Shown: positions 29,793-40,422, counted from the first letter of the stretch. The stretch is DNA of 64,000 nucleotides from Bacillota bacterium (GCA_023387655.1 JAEWHR010000072.1:8509-72508), one strand, 5' to 3'. Notes: generated by a model not told the origin, from the sequence alone. Made by a program: numbers and translations.

Positions 29793-29921
29793 TTCCTTTC
29801 CTTTTTAGTGACCTAGTTGTTATGTTAATATTATGGCAACATATTTAGTCTAAGTGATTATATTGATTGTTATTATTTGTGATTTCTAGCTTTTCTCTTT
29901 TATGAACTACGAAGCTTTTCT

Positions 29922-30014
29922 AATTAAGTTGGTACTACTGTTTGAATGCACTATTTATTCCAAATTAAGTTAGTACTATTTTTACATGTACTTTATAATT
30001 AAGTTAATACTATT
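29922..30014. repeat. Three 18-bp direct repeats with irregular spacing
   Basis: AATTAAGTT(GG/AG/AA)TACTA(C/T)T at 29922, 29963, 29997. Confidence 0.8.
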
Positions 30015-30160
30015 ATTTGCAAGTTTATAAAAATTATTGTGAAAGAATATATTTCCTTAGAATTATCTACCGAAGTAAATCAATTAAAAAAACACTTGAA
30101 ATACGAAAAAATAATCGTATTTCAAGTGTTTTTCATGCAAAATAAATATTTAGTTTTCCC

Positions 30161-30532
30161 TTATCTCACAATCGCATCTGTCTTTGATTCTTCTCCGTCG
30201 CTTACTTCTACAATAATCTCATTTGGTAAACAAATAATCATCTCTTTTTTATTATGAATAGCTGGATGATTTACACAAACTTGATCTGGACACTCAGCGC
30301 TTTCCATCTTTGCATATCCATCCTTTATTGTTAATACATTATCCCCGAGCCTTCCAGGTATTGTTATTGTTTGATTTTTATTTAAGGAGTACGTACCATA
30401 AGTTTCGCCTTCAATACTTATTACAACCTCACCATTCTCACCAACTTCACCTGATATCAGCCAATATGCTAAAAAACTTCCGCCCGCAATCACTAATAAT
30501 ACCACTAGTAAAATAATGTCCTTTTTCTTCAC
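30161..30532 (-). CDS. NusG domain II-like (Lin0431-type) membrane-anchored protein
   Basis: MKKKDIILL TM anchor, AECPDQVCV, IICLPN. Confidence 0.88.
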   Translation of the reverse strand: MKKKDIILLVVLLVIAGGSFLAYWLISGEVGENGEVVISIEGETYGTYSLNKNQTITIPGRLGDNVLTIKDGYAKMESAECPDQVCVNHPAIHNKKEMIICLPNEIIVEVSDGEESKTDAIVR

Positions 30533-30783
30533 GTTAATATCCTTCCTATGCTAGTCTTATTCTTGAATTGATATTCCTATATCCCTAATACTTTTCCCAT
30601 CCACTATTACTTGTTATAAGTATAACATAAAAATTTATTTTCTTCACTTGCTATTTTTCATTTCTAAATCATACCAAATCATCTCAAAGCAACTTTTATT
30701 GCATTGAATAGTAGATAAGTATGCTAAGTTCAACCATCTTTGGTTCACCCTATAGGATTAATATAAAGTTATAAATCTCTTTA

Positions 30784-30816
30784 AAAAACTCTCACAGATT
30801 ATCTATGAGAGTTTTG
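30784..30816 (-). terminator. Terminator of the ior-paaK operon
   Basis: AAAACTCTCA-CAGATTATCTA-TGAGAGTTTT. Confidence 0.7.
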
Positions 30817-30999
30817 AAAGAATACTATTTGATTATTCTATTACCTTGATGGTGCTTAACGTTGATTTTTTATTAAATGAAAGCTTACCATTTAATCATA
30901 CTATTCAATCTGTTTAATTATTGGCTAATTTTCTATCATACCTTTTTTCTATCTATTATAATACTACCATTTTTATAAATTATGCTAAATAAAATTCAA

Positions 31000-31428
31000 T
31001 TACACATCATTAATCGTATAAGCAGTTTCTTCGTCTATAAGTTCAAATCCATATTGGGAAAGTGATTGTATCGCCGTATTAATATTAGAGATCTTAATTA
31101 CCATTGAAGCATTTTCATTTGTAGCAAGAGCATACATATATTCGATATTTACATCCTCTAATACTTTTAATAGTTCATGTAACATTCCAATTTTATTTGG
31201 TAATTTAACTGCTAATACATCGGTTAGCATTGCAGAAAATCCTGCTTCTTTTAAAACCCGCTTCCCTTCTGTTGGATTTGACACTATCATACGTAAAAGG
31301 CCATATTCACTCGTATCTGCTAAACTCATAGAAGTAATATTAATTCCATTTTCCTTCAAGGTCTCTGTAACTTTTTCCAGTCTACCTGTTCTATTTTCAA
31401 TAAATACGGACAATTGTTTAATTGCCAA
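31000..31428 (-). CDS. Tandem ACT-domain protein
   Basis: KQLSVFIENRTGRL...INI..MSLADTSEYGLLRMIV; TTG start with GGAGG. Confidence 0.9.
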   Translation of the reverse strand: MAIKQLSVFIENRTGRLEKVTETLKENGINITSMSLADTSEYGLLRMIVSNPTEGKRVLKEAGFSAMLTDVLAVKLPNKIGMLHELLKVLEDVNIEYMYALATNENASMVIKISNINTAIQSLSQYGFELIDEETAYTINDV

Positions 31429-31442
31429 AGTAAAACCTCCTT

Positions 31443-32741
31443 TTAGACTAATTTACGTTTGTCAATCACTCGCTTTGCCTTTCCTTCGCTTCTCTCTATG
31501 GTCTTTGGTTCCACTAACTTAACCTTAACTGTAAGACTTAGCGCTTGTTGTAGGACATGTGCAATTTTAGTTGTAAGACGTTCCAATTCTTTAATTTCAT
31601 CGGAGAAGAAACGTTCTTCTACCTCCACCCACACCTCTAAGGTATCTTGATGATTTACTCTATCAACAAACATCAGATAATGAGGACTTGTTTCTCCAAT
31701 TTCTAAAAGAGCAGTTTCAACCTGTGATGGAAAGACGTTAACTCCACGAATAATTAACATATCATCAGTACGCCCTTTGAAACGAGAAATTCTTGCAAGT
31801 GTTCTTCCACAATCACACTTTTCGTAATTAATACTTGTTAAATCCTTGGTACGATAACGAAATAGTGGTAAAGCTTCCTTGGTAATCGTTGTAAATGCTA
31901 GCTCACCAATTTCTCCTGGTTTACATAACTCCAAGGTATCTGGATTAAGTATTTCTGGAATAAAATGATCCTCGTATACATGAAGTCCTGTATGATATTC
32001 GCAGTCTGCTGCTACCCCAGGTCCCAAAACCTCGCTAAGTCCATAGATGTCATGTGCATTAATATGAAGGCGCGACTCAATTTCTTTCCTCATATTCTCT
32101 GTCCATGGTTCTGCGCCACATATTGCTGCTTTTAATTGTATACGATCTATCGCTCCTTCTTCCTCTAATGCCTCAATAATATGTAATAAGTAGGATGGAG
32201 TACATGCAATAGCAGTACAGCCAAAGTCCTCCATCATTGTGATTTGTTTTTTGGTATTCCCGGATGACATTGGGATAACAGTGGCACCTAAATTCTCTGC
32301 TCCATAATGAAGACCCAAGCCACCGGTAAATAGACCATATCCGTAGGATACTTGTATTTTATCTTCTTTGCCTAACCCGACCATGGCTAACACTCTTGCA
32401 ACACATTCCTGCCAATTTTCAATGTCTCTTCTGGAATAACCCAATACTGTGGCTTTCCCTGTTGTACCAGAAGAAGCATGGACACGAACAATTTCTGATT
32501 GTGGTATTGCAAAAAGTCCAAATGGATAATTATCACGCAAATCTGTTTTTGTAGTAAATGGGAGCTTATTTAAGTCCTCTATCCCTTTAATATCTCCCGG
32601 TTCTAACCCCATAACTTGCATCTTCTTACGATAGAATTCCACATTATGATATACGCGGTCTACCATCTTTACTAACCGTTTGCTTTGAAGATTTTGCATC
32701 TCCTCACGGCTCATGCATTCCTTTGCTTCGTTCCATATCAT
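31443..32741 (-). CDS. paaK: Phenylacetate-CoA ligase family (aryl acid-CoA ligase)
   Basis: [48 protein letters not shown]. Confidence 0.92.
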   Translation of the reverse strand: MIWNEAKECMSREEMQNLQSKRLVKMVDRVYHNVEFYRKKMQVMGLEPGDIKGIEDLNKLPFTTKTDLRDNYPFGLFAIPQSEIVRVHASSGTTGKATVLGYSRRDIENWQECVARVLAMVGLGKEDKIQVSYGYGLFTGGLGLHYGAENLGATVIPMSSGNTKKQITMMEDFGCTAIACTPSYLLHIIEALEEEGAIDRIQLKAAICGAEPWTENMRKEIESRLHINAHDIYGLSEVLGPGVAADCEYHTGLHVYEDHFIPEILNPDTLELCKPGEIGELAFTTITKEALPLFRYRTKDLTSINYEKCDCGRTLARISRFKGRTDDMLIIRGVNVFPSQVETALLEIGETSPHYLMFVDRVNHQDTLEVWVEVEERFFSDEIKELERLTTKIAHVLQQALSLTVKVKLVEPKTIERSEGKAKRVIDKRKLV

Positions 32742-32760
32742 TGGTGTTTCCTCCTAATAA

Positions 32761-33168
32761 TTATTCGATTACACACACATAATTTTCTCGTAATACTGTT
32801 TCGGCCTTCTTCATATCATTGATATTTAATACCATCAATGGTGCCTTTTCTCCACGAAGTACAAAAGAATAGATATAATTAATACTCAAATTATGTTCAG
32901 CTAAAATGGAAAGAACACGATCTAAATCCCCTGGCTTATCCATTAATTCAACCGCTAATACCTCGGATACTTTCACTGCAAATCCCTTATCGGAAAGTAC
33001 TAATTTTGCCTTATCAGGTTCATCCACGATGATTCGTAGAATACTAAAATCTGGGGAATCAAACACAGAGATTGCTCGTAAATTTATCCCATTCTGACTA
33101 AGTGTATTTGTTACTTTTCTAAGACTTCCTACTTTGTTTTCAACAAAAACCGATAATTGTGGAATCAT
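32761..33168 (-). CDS. Tandem ACT-domain protein
   Basis: MIPQLSVFVENKVGSL..INLRAIS..DKPGDL; start revised to 33168 by RBS. Confidence 0.9.
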   Translation of the reverse strand: MIPQLSVFVENKVGSLRKVTNTLSQNGINLRAISVFDSPDFSILRIIVDEPDKAKLVLSDKGFAVKVSEVLAVELMDKPGDLDRVLSILAEHNLSINYIYSFVLRGEKAPLMVLNINDMKKAETVLRENYVCVIE

Positions 33169-33184
33169 TCCTTCCCCCTTAAGA

Positions 33185-33760
33185 TTATTGATGCATCTCA
33201 TAGCCGATTAAGAAAGCTTTTTTATTTATATCTATGGTTTTCGGTGGTACTGTATTCTCGATTACACTTAGCCAATCATCTTTTGTAAAATCCATATGAG
33301 ATGCCGCTATACCAAGAACTATGATGTTAAATACCTTGGGATTTCCAAGTTTCTTTGCCTCAGCCATAGCATCTACTCGTAAGACTCTATGCTCCTTTTG
33401 CAGATCCTCAATGATATTTTCTGGATACACTGCACTCCCTATCACTACTGGCATAGGATCAATTCTTTGATCATTTACAATCAATACACCTGTCTTTTTC
33501 AAGAAATGCGAATAACGCATTGCCTCTAAGCGTTCAAATGCGATTAAAAGATCTGCTTGCCCTTCCTCAACGATTGGCTCTGTTACCTTTTCTCCATATC
33601 GTATGAATGTAACAACGCTACCACCTCGCTGTGCCATACCATGTACCTCGGAAAGCTTAACATCATAACCGGCATTTATTGTAATCCCGCCTAATATTCG
33701 GCTGGTAAGTAAGGTACCCTGACCACCAACTCCAACTATCATAATATTTTTTGTTGCCAT
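33185..33760 (-). CDS. iorB: Indolepyruvate:ferredoxin oxidoreductase beta subunit
   Basis: VGVGGQGTLL, SEVHGMAQRGGSV. Confidence 0.95.
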   Translation of the reverse strand: MATKNIMIVGVGGQGTLLTSRILGGITINAGYDVKLSEVHGMAQRGGSVVTFIRYGEKVTEPIVEEGQADLLIAFERLEAMRYSHFLKKTGVLIVNDQRIDPMPVVIGSAVYPENIIEDLQKEHRVLRVDAMAEAKKLGNPKVFNIIVLGIAASHMDFTKDDWLSVIENTVPPKTIDINKKAFLIGYEMHQ

Positions 33761-33772
33761 GGTGATTTCCTC

Positions 33773-35512
33773 CTATCGTTCCATCTTCTCGATTGCTCCA
33801 AACTTACACTTCTCAAAACATAGATTGCAACCATTGCACATGGTATCATTAATTACAGTGATACCATCTTCCCTCCTTGTAATTGCAGGACATCCAGGTT
33901 TTAAGCACATTCCACACTTTTTACACTTAGTAGAAACTACCTTACATTGTGTTTTACTTAAATTTTTGACAAGAAGTACGCAAGGAGCTTTTGTAATTAT
34001 GATTGATATCTCATCTTTGGCAACTTCCTCTTTTACAATCTCTTCTAAAGTTTTTGTATCAAAAGCATCTACTTCAATTACATTATTAATTCCAAGTGAA
34101 CGGCATAAATCAGGAATGCGAATGGCAATCGTTTTTTCTCCCATTAAAGTCTTTCCGGTTGCTGCATGCTCTTGATGTCCTGTCATTCCAGTAGTGGAGT
34201 TGTCTAAAATCAGTACGGTTCCTGTTCCTTTGTTATAAACCATATTGATTAAAGAATTGATCCCCGTATGCATAAATGTGGAATCACCAATAACAGCTAC
34301 CCAGTTTTTTATGTAGTCTTTCCCTTTTGCCTTCTCTATGCCATGTAAGGTACTAATACTAGCCCCCATACAAATAGTCGTATCAACAACATTTAACGGA
34401 GCTACTGCACCAAGTGTATAACACCCAATGTCTCCAGCCGCATGAATACCTAATTTCTTTAGAACAGAAAATACACTTCGATGAGGACAACCAGGACAAA
34501 GAATTGGAGGTCGATTCGGTACCTGGGCCGCTGGCTTCACCTCAACTTCCTCTTGTTTCATTGCTTTTCTTAATAGATTCGCACTATATTCTCCTTGAAC
34601 AGTAAGAATTTCTTTACCTACTACTTTAATCCCCCAGGACTTCACTTGCTCTTCAATCACAGGATCTAATTCCTCTACTATGTACAAGTCATCCACTGAA
34701 GTGGCAAACTCCTCAATTAACTTTCTTGGAAGTGGATTAACTATACCAAGCTTAAGTACAGATACTTCTGGCAATGCTTCTTTCACATACTGATATGGAA
34801 TCCCGCTTGTGATTACACCAATCTTCTTATCGTTAAATTCCACTCGATTAATTGGAAAATCGCTACCTTCTTCTATCATCTGATTCGTTCGTGCTTCTAC
34901 AACAAGATGACGAGCCTTTGCATATCCAGGCATCATTACATTTTTGGCTGGATTTCGTACATAAGGTTTATCTTCTACCTCGGTTCTATCACTTAAGTTT
35001 ACCATCCCCTGAGAATGAGATAGTCTTGTTGTTGTACGAACAATTACTGGCGTGTCATACTTCTCACTCATATCAAATGCAAATTTAACAAATTCTTTTG
35101 CCTCTTCACTATCCGAGGGTTCTAATACTGGTACCTGCGCGGCTCTTGCAACCATTCTAGTATCCTGCTCATTTTGTGAGCTGTATAAGCCAGGATCGTC
35201 TGCTGCAACAAGTACTAAACCACCATTTACGCCAGCATACGAGATCGTAAACAGAGGGTCCGAAGCAACATTTACGCCAACATGCTTCATAGAGGCTAGA
35301 GCTCTAACACCGCTAATCGAGGCTCCAATCGCTACCTCCATAGCCACCTTTTCATTCGGTGACCATTCGCTATAAATCTCTTTATATTGAATAATATTCT
35401 CGCTTATCTCCGTACTTGGTGTTCCAGGATAAGCTGCGGAAACTTTTGCACCGGCTTCATAAGCACCTCTGGCAATTGCTTCATTGCCTAGCATAATCTC
35501 TCTCTTTTGCAT
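33773..35512 (-). CDS. iorA: Indolepyruvate:ferredoxin oxidoreductase alpha subunit
   Basis: LGNEAIARG, YPGTPSTE, RPPILCPGCPH, GDIGCY, GDSTF..G TPP motif, C-terminal ferredoxin Cys motifs. Confidence 0.97.
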   Translation of the reverse strand: MQKREIMLGNEAIARGAYEAGAKVSAAYPGTPSTEISENIIQYKEIYSEWSPNEKVAMEVAIGASISGVRALASMKHVGVNVASDPLFTISYAGVNGGLVLVAADDPGLYSSQNEQDTRMVARAAQVPVLEPSDSEEAKEFVKFAFDMSEKYDTPVIVRTTTRLSHSQGMVNLSDRTEVEDKPYVRNPAKNVMMPGYAKARHLVVEARTNQMIEEGSDFPINRVEFNDKKIGVITSGIPYQYVKEALPEVSVLKLGIVNPLPRKLIEEFATSVDDLYIVEELDPVIEEQVKSWGIKVVGKEILTVQGEYSANLLRKAMKQEEVEVKPAAQVPNRPPILCPGCPHRSVFSVLKKLGIHAAGDIGCYTLGAVAPLNVVDTTICMGASISTLHGIEKAKGKDYIKNWVAVIGDSTFMHTGINSLINMVYNKGTGTVLILDNSTTGMTGHQEHAATGKTLMGEKTIAIRIPDLCRSLGINNVIEVDAFDTKTLEEIVKEEVAKDEISIIITKAPCVLLVKNLSKTQCKVVSTKCKKCGMCLKPGCPAITRREDGITVINDTMCNGCNLCFEKCKFGAIEKMER

Positions 35513-35957
35513 GTTGCCCTCTTCCTTTCTATCTCTACTTTGAAATCTTTCATGTCATAATTATACATTTTATGTAAGTTATATACAATAGCAACCCGTA
35601 TGTTTAAATGAACTAATTTCATCTGAAACTCAATTTACAATCTATTTCGCTTATTTACCACCAAACTGCAATTGTAAAAACATTTCTTTATTACTTCTTT
35701 TGCATAAACTGCACTTATATTAGAAATATGTCACTTTATATTAGATTTTAATAAATGGTCTTAATAAATTATTAGAATTCCATTAGGCTTCCTAACATTC
35801 GTAGACACTTTATTTTTCTCAGCATATAATACAAAAAAAACATAAATTCTTCACAAGTTGACACCTAGAATTACTTTTTTAGAATCAAACGGTTGTCTAT
35901 CTTAATTAAGAGAGGGATTTTTGAGAAACTATAATATTTTGTGGAGGAGAGAGTACT

Positions 35958-36455
35958 ATGTGGTGGGTAAATAATATGATATGGCTTTTTGCATATAGCC
36001 TTATTGGTTGGTGCTATGAAACAATTGTTTGTTCCATACAAGCAGGTCAATTAGTAAAGCGAGGTTTTTTATTTGGGCCATACCTACCAATCTATGGATT
36101 TGGAGCCTTATTTATTATTCTTTTCTTACATAAGCGTATGAATAGAGCAAACCTATTCTTATTCAGTATGCTGGTATCAACCGCTCTCGAATATGCAACT
36201 TCCTGGGTATTAGAAATGTTATTTGATCGAAAGTGGTGGGATTATTCTAATTATACGATCCAGCTAAATGGTCGTGTTTGTTTACTAGCCTCCTTATTAT
36301 TTGGTGCTTTAGGAGTACTTTTAGTGAAATACATCCACCCACGATTGAAACTAAGAACAGATCAAATACCGATGAAAATCAGAATATTCTGTGCAGCTTT
36401 TTTGTTTGTTGGAATGTCAACTGATTTTATCCTCTCCGTAATCTGTAATCTGTAA
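35958..36455 (+). CDS. Putative ABC-type permease-like membrane protein (CmpB/DUF1113-like)
   Basis: YSLIGWCYE, RGFLFGPYLPIYG, WWDYS...NGRVCL. Confidence 0.82.
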   Translation: MWWVNNMIWLFAYSLIGWCYETIVCSIQAGQLVKRGFLFGPYLPIYGFGALFIILFLHKRMNRANLFLFSMLVSTALEYATSWVLEMLFDRKWWDYSNYTIQLNGRVCLLASLLFGALGVLLVKYIHPRLKLRTDQIPMKIRIFCAAFLFVGMSTDFILSVICNL

Positions 36456-36517
36456 TAATACAATTTTAATATAAAACAACCTATGTTCAGATGTTAATGA
36501 CCTAGCTTCCGTTTCAG

Positions 36518-36577
36518 TTGACATACTTTCCATAATTTGGTATTATCACTTTAAAGCGCAACGCTGTATTGCGTTAA
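36518..36577 (+). promoter_or_regulatory. Symporter promoter with downstream 19-bp motif
   Basis: TTGACA-N17-TATTAT, then CAACGCTGTATTGCGTTAA (36559-36577). Confidence 0.7.
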
Positions 36578-36617
36578 AGTTTCGTATTTATTATACCAAC
36601 AAAAGGAGATTAATTTT

Positions 36618-38144
36618 ATGATTGTCAAACTTGTTATGCTCTTTGTTTTCTTTGGAGTTATGATTCTTGTTGGCATACATTCCAGAAAACACACCAAAAA
36701 CGTAAGTGATTTCGTACTTGGTGGTAGAAGTGTAGGTCCTTGGCTTACCGCTTTTGCATTTGGTACCTCTTATTTTTCATCTGTAGTTTTTATTGGATAT
36801 GCTGGTAGATTTGGTTGGGATTTTGGTATTTCTGCTACATGGATTGGACTTGGAAACGCTTTGATTGGTAGCTTATTTGCATGGATTGTACTGGGTCGTA
36901 GAACCAGAGTTATGACAAAGCATTTTAATGCACAGACAATGCCTGAATTTTTTGGGTCGCGTTATGAAAGTAAAGCAATCAAAATAACAGCTTCTGTCAT
37001 TGCCTTTGTTTTTTTGGTGCCTTATACAGCATCTATTTATAACGGATTATCTCGTCTATTTGGTATGGCATTTGATATACCATATGAAATCTGTGTGATT
37101 GTAATGGCAACTCTAACCGGTGTATATGTTATTTTAGGTGGTTATATGGCAACTGCAATCAATGATTTAATTCAAGGTGTTATTATGCTTGTTGGTATTG
37201 TCGCTATTATCATGGCTGTCTTAAGCCAAAAAGGTGGATTTCTAGAAGCGATCAATCAATTAGCCAATTTCAATAGCGAAGCTACTGCCACACTTGGGCA
37301 ACCTGGTGCGTATACTTCTTTTTTTGGTCCTGATCCTATTAATCTTATTAGTGTAATAATACTAACTTCTTTAGGTACGTGGGGCCTCCCTCAAATGGTA
37401 CATAAGTTTTATACAATAAAAGATGAGAAAGCAATTAAAACCGGAACAATAATATCCACTATATTTGCAGTTGTTGTATCTGGAGGATGTTATTTTCTAG
37501 GGGCATTCTCACGCTTGTTTGATAATGAAAGCATTCGTAACGCTGATGGAAAAATTATCTTTGATAGTATCATCCCATATATGATTTCATTTTTACCAGA
37601 TATCTTAGTTGGCATCACCGTAGTATTAGTTTTATCTGCGTCTATGTCAACACTTTCTGCTCTAGTATTAACTTCCAGTTCTACGTTAACATTAGATTTC
37701 CTAAAGGAAACCTGCTTTAAAAAGATGACAACAAAAACTCAACTAATTCTTATGAGAGTCTTAATTGCATTCTTTATCTTTATTTCTGTTGTCTTAGCAC
37801 TTGACCCTCCTAAATTTATCGCTGAACTAATGGGTATCTCTTGGAGCGCACTCGCTGGTTCCTTCCTCGCACCTTTTCTTTATGGGCTATACTGGAAGGG
37901 TGTCACAAAAGCCGGTGTTTGGGCAGCCTTTTTGATTGGTGTTGGCTTAACAGTTTCCAACTTAAAACTCGAATTCTTCTCCTCTTCTATCGTTGCTGGG
38001 GCTTTTACTATGGTATTAAGTTTGATCGTAGTACCAATCGTCAGCATAATAACACCAAAACTTTCAAAAGTATCCTTACTTGATATGTTCTCCTGTTATC
38101 AAGAAACCGTAATAGTTTCTAAAAAAGACTCCTTAGAGGAATAA
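36618..38144 (+). CDS. Sodium:solute symporter (SSS) family
   Basis: DFVLGGRSVGPW, GTSYFS, GTWGLPQM, LSASMSTL; ~13 TM. Confidence 0.93.
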   Translation: MIVKLVMLFVFFGVMILVGIHSRKHTKNVSDFVLGGRSVGPWLTAFAFGTSYFSSVVFIGYAGRFGWDFGISATWIGLGNALIGSLFAWIVLGRRTRVMTKHFNAQTMPEFFGSRYESKAIKITASVIAFVFLVPYTASIYNGLSRLFGMAFDIPYEICVIVMATLTGVYVILGGYMATAINDLIQGVIMLVGIVAIIMAVLSQKGGFLEAINQLANFNSEATATLGQPGAYTSFFGPDPINLISVIILTSLGTWGLPQMVHKFYTIKDEKAIKTGTIISTIFAVVVSGGCYFLGAFSRLFDNESIRNADGKIIFDSIIPYMISFLPDILVGITVVLVLSASMSTLSALVLTSSSTLTLDFLKETCFKKMTTKTQLILMRVLIAFFIFISVVLALDPPKFIAELMGISWSALAGSFLAPFLYGLYWKGVTKAGVWAAFLIGVGLTVSNLKLEFFSSSIVAGAFTMVLSLIVVPIVSIITPKLSKVSLLDMFSCYQETVIVSKKDSLEE

Positions 38145-38238
38145 ACACTACGACGAACGAAAATTTTTAAAGATGAGCTTTTATTCCTCTATAAGATTTT
38201 TCGTTCGTCTTTTCTACGAAAATTTATGTACGCAAGAA

Positions 38239-39552
38239 CTAAAACATTGCATCCTTTCTTAAATCAGTTACACGTTTTGCTTTGCCTTCAAACCGTTGTA
38301 AACTTCCTGGCGCTACAAGTTTTATTGTAGCATCTAGTCCCAAAACTGTTTTCAACTGATTTCTTATCTTCTTTTCCAATCTCTCTAATAAAGAATAAGA
38401 GTCAAGCAAAGAATCATCGATAAGTTCTACTAAAATCTCCATAGTATCCAAATGATTCACACGGTCAACCGTAATCTGATAATGTGGACCGATCTCAGGA
38501 ATCTTTAACATAACTTCCTCAATCTGAGATGGGAATACATTAACACCACGAATTACTAACATATCATCCGTACGGCCAAATAAATTAGCCATACGAACAG
38601 TAGTCCTACCACACTTGCATGGTTCATACATTAGCATCGTAATATCACGAGTACGATATCGAATTAAAGGAACTGCTTCTTTTGTGAGGCAAGTAACTAC
38701 CAATTCTCCCTTAACCCCTGGAGGTAACACTTCTCCGGTATCCGGATCTATGATTTCTGGGATAAAATGATCTTCGTTAATATGCATACCACAAAGATAT
38801 TCACATTCTCCTGATACGCCAGGACCACATAACTCACTCATACCATAATTTTGAGTACAGAGAAAATCCCTTCCCCAAAGCTTATACATCTCTTCACGCA
38901 TTGGTTCAGTCATACCTTCCCCACCAAACAAACCAATTTTAACATTTAAATCTTTTTTAGGGTCAATTCCCATAGAAAGTGCAACTTCTGCAATATGTAA
39001 TGCATAGGAAGGAGTAGCCACTAATAAAGTTGTACCAAAATCTTGCATAAACATAATTTGCTTTTTTGTATTTCCTGAAGAAGTAGGACAAACACTTGCT
39101 CCAATGTTTTCTAAACCAAAATGTAGTCCTAGCGCACCTGTAAACATACCATAGCCAAAACATATCTGTGCTGTATCCTCTTTTGTAGCTCCACCCATAC
39201 AAGCAATTCTTGATACGTTATTCGTCCAAATTTCCATATCGTTTTTGGTATAACCAACTACAGTTGGCTTTCCAGTTGTACCTGAGGAGGCATGAATTCG
39301 AACTACCTCATTTTTCGGTACTGCAAACATACCAAATGGATAATTATCGCGAAAATCCTGTTTCAATGTAAAAGGAAGCTTCTTTAAATCTTCTAACGTT
39401 GCGATAGTTTCAGGTTTCATATCAATTTCGTCCATTTTCTTATGATAAAATGGTATCTTTTCATAGACTCGTGCAACAATTTCTTGAAGTCTTTTTAATT
39501 GAATTTCCTCTATCTCACTTCGTGACATCGTTTCTTCCTTCGCCCAAATCAT
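38239..39552 (-). CDS. paaK: Second phenylacetate-CoA ligase family protein
   Basis: [40 protein letters not shown]; start revised to 39552 (GGAGG). Confidence 0.92.
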   Translation of the reverse strand: MIWAKEETMSRSEIEEIQLKRLQEIVARVYEKIPFYHKKMDEIDMKPETIATLEDLKKLPFTLKQDFRDNYPFGMFAVPKNEVVRIHASSGTTGKPTVVGYTKNDMEIWTNNVSRIACMGGATKEDTAQICFGYGMFTGALGLHFGLENIGASVCPTSSGNTKKQIMFMQDFGTTLLVATPSYALHIAEVALSMGIDPKKDLNVKIGLFGGEGMTEPMREEMYKLWGRDFLCTQNYGMSELCGPGVSGECEYLCGMHINEDHFIPEIIDPDTGEVLPPGVKGELVVTCLTKEAVPLIRYRTRDITMLMYEPCKCGRTTVRMANLFGRTDDMLVIRGVNVFPSQIEEVMLKIPEIGPHYQITVDRVNHLDTMEILVELIDDSLLDSYSLLERLEKKIRNQLKTVLGLDATIKLVAPGSLQRFEGKAKRVTDLRKDAMF

Positions 39553-39656
39553 ACGGCCTCCTCCATTACTACCCCTTCCATAATACTTATTCATTATAAG
39601 TAAGTATTCTTTCTGCTTGAAAACACAACATGACAATAATATTTTATTTGTTACAT

Positions 39657-39719
39657 CAAAGCTGTAATGCGTTAACTTACTATAATTGTAATTATAGTTT
39701 TGTTTCCAATCTTTGTCAA
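39657..39719 (-). promoter_or_regulatory. Second paaK promoter with downstream 19-bp motif
   Basis: Minus strand TTGACA-N17-TATAAT, then TTAACGCATTACAGCTTTG (39675-39657). Confidence 0.7.
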
Positions 39720-39838
39720 TGATCGTTCCTAAAATCGAAAAAAAGGGAAAAAAAGGTGATTGTTTTTTTATAAATAATGGAAATAAGGCAAGCTGTGTTT
39801 CATAAGATACACTGTAAACATTTATTGGAGGAACTCAT

Positions 39839-40129
39839 ATGAGTGATTTAACAGCTACAAACTGCGGCGGATGTGGATGTGATAACAACTGCGGATGCAG
39901 AAATGAATGCGGATGTAGAAACGAATGCGGATGTGGCAATTCAATCTTTGGCGGCGGATGCTGGTGGATAATTATCATCGTATTATTCTGCTGCTGTGGT
40001 AACGGTTTCGGCGGCGGCAATAACTGTGGATGTGGCAATAGCTGCGGCGGTGGCTTTGGCGATGGCGGTTGCTGGTGGATAATTATTATCATTCTCTTCT
40101 GCTGCTGTGGCAATGGATTTGGCTGCTAA
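39839..40129 (+). CDS. Small Cys/Gly-rich protein with duplicated GCWWIIII.LFCCC modules (probable spore-associated)
   Basis: GGAGG RBS; CGC repeats; two near-identical hydrophobic modules; CATAAGAT upstream. Confidence 0.85.
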   Translation: MSDLTATNCGGCGCDNNCGCRNECGCRNECGCGNSIFGGGCWWIIIIVLFCCCGNGFGGGNNCGCGNSCGGGFGDGGCWWIIIIILFCCCGNGFGC

Positions 40130-40161
40130 TTACATCTTGTAATTCCAGAAAAAAAGCTGCT

Positions 40162-40422
40162 TTAAAAGCAGCTTTTTTTCTGCCGTAAACATTGACAATC
40201 ATATTCATATATTGAAGTCTCATCAAAATCGCAGCAAAAAGTATCATTTTCTATATCCCGATTAATACATTTTTTCATTGCTTCTTCGCAACCACACGGT
40301 TGCTCTTTTTTTGACACCATTCCACGAACTTCACTAAAGTTTTGACTAATTGACACTCCTGATGTATGCATATTAGGTTGGCGAGGATAACAGTACCAAT
40401 TCTCTCTATCTTTATATCTCAT
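40162..40422 (-). CDS. Small Cys-rich hypothetical protein, sigma-K-type promoter
   Basis: AAGGAG RBS before ATG 40422; upstream minus strand AC-N16-CATATGAT. Confidence 0.65.
   Translation of the reverse strand: MRYKDRENWYCYPRQPNMHTSGVSISQNFSEVRGMVSKKEQPCGCEEAMKKCINRDIENDTFCCDFDETSIYEYDCQCLRQKKSCF

Noticed and set aside
29922..30014. Possible mini-CRISPR array
   Set aside because: Repeats only 18 bp and degenerate, spacers 16-23 bp and unequal, no cas genes
39835..40113. Pro/Gln/His-rich minus-strand ORF
   Set aside because: Antisense shadow of the Cys/Gly-rich gene, which has the RBS
39839..40129. RiPP (ranthipeptide/thiopeptide) precursor
   Set aside because: No radical SAM, YcaO, LanM or peptidase-transporter genes adjacent; no leader/core organisation
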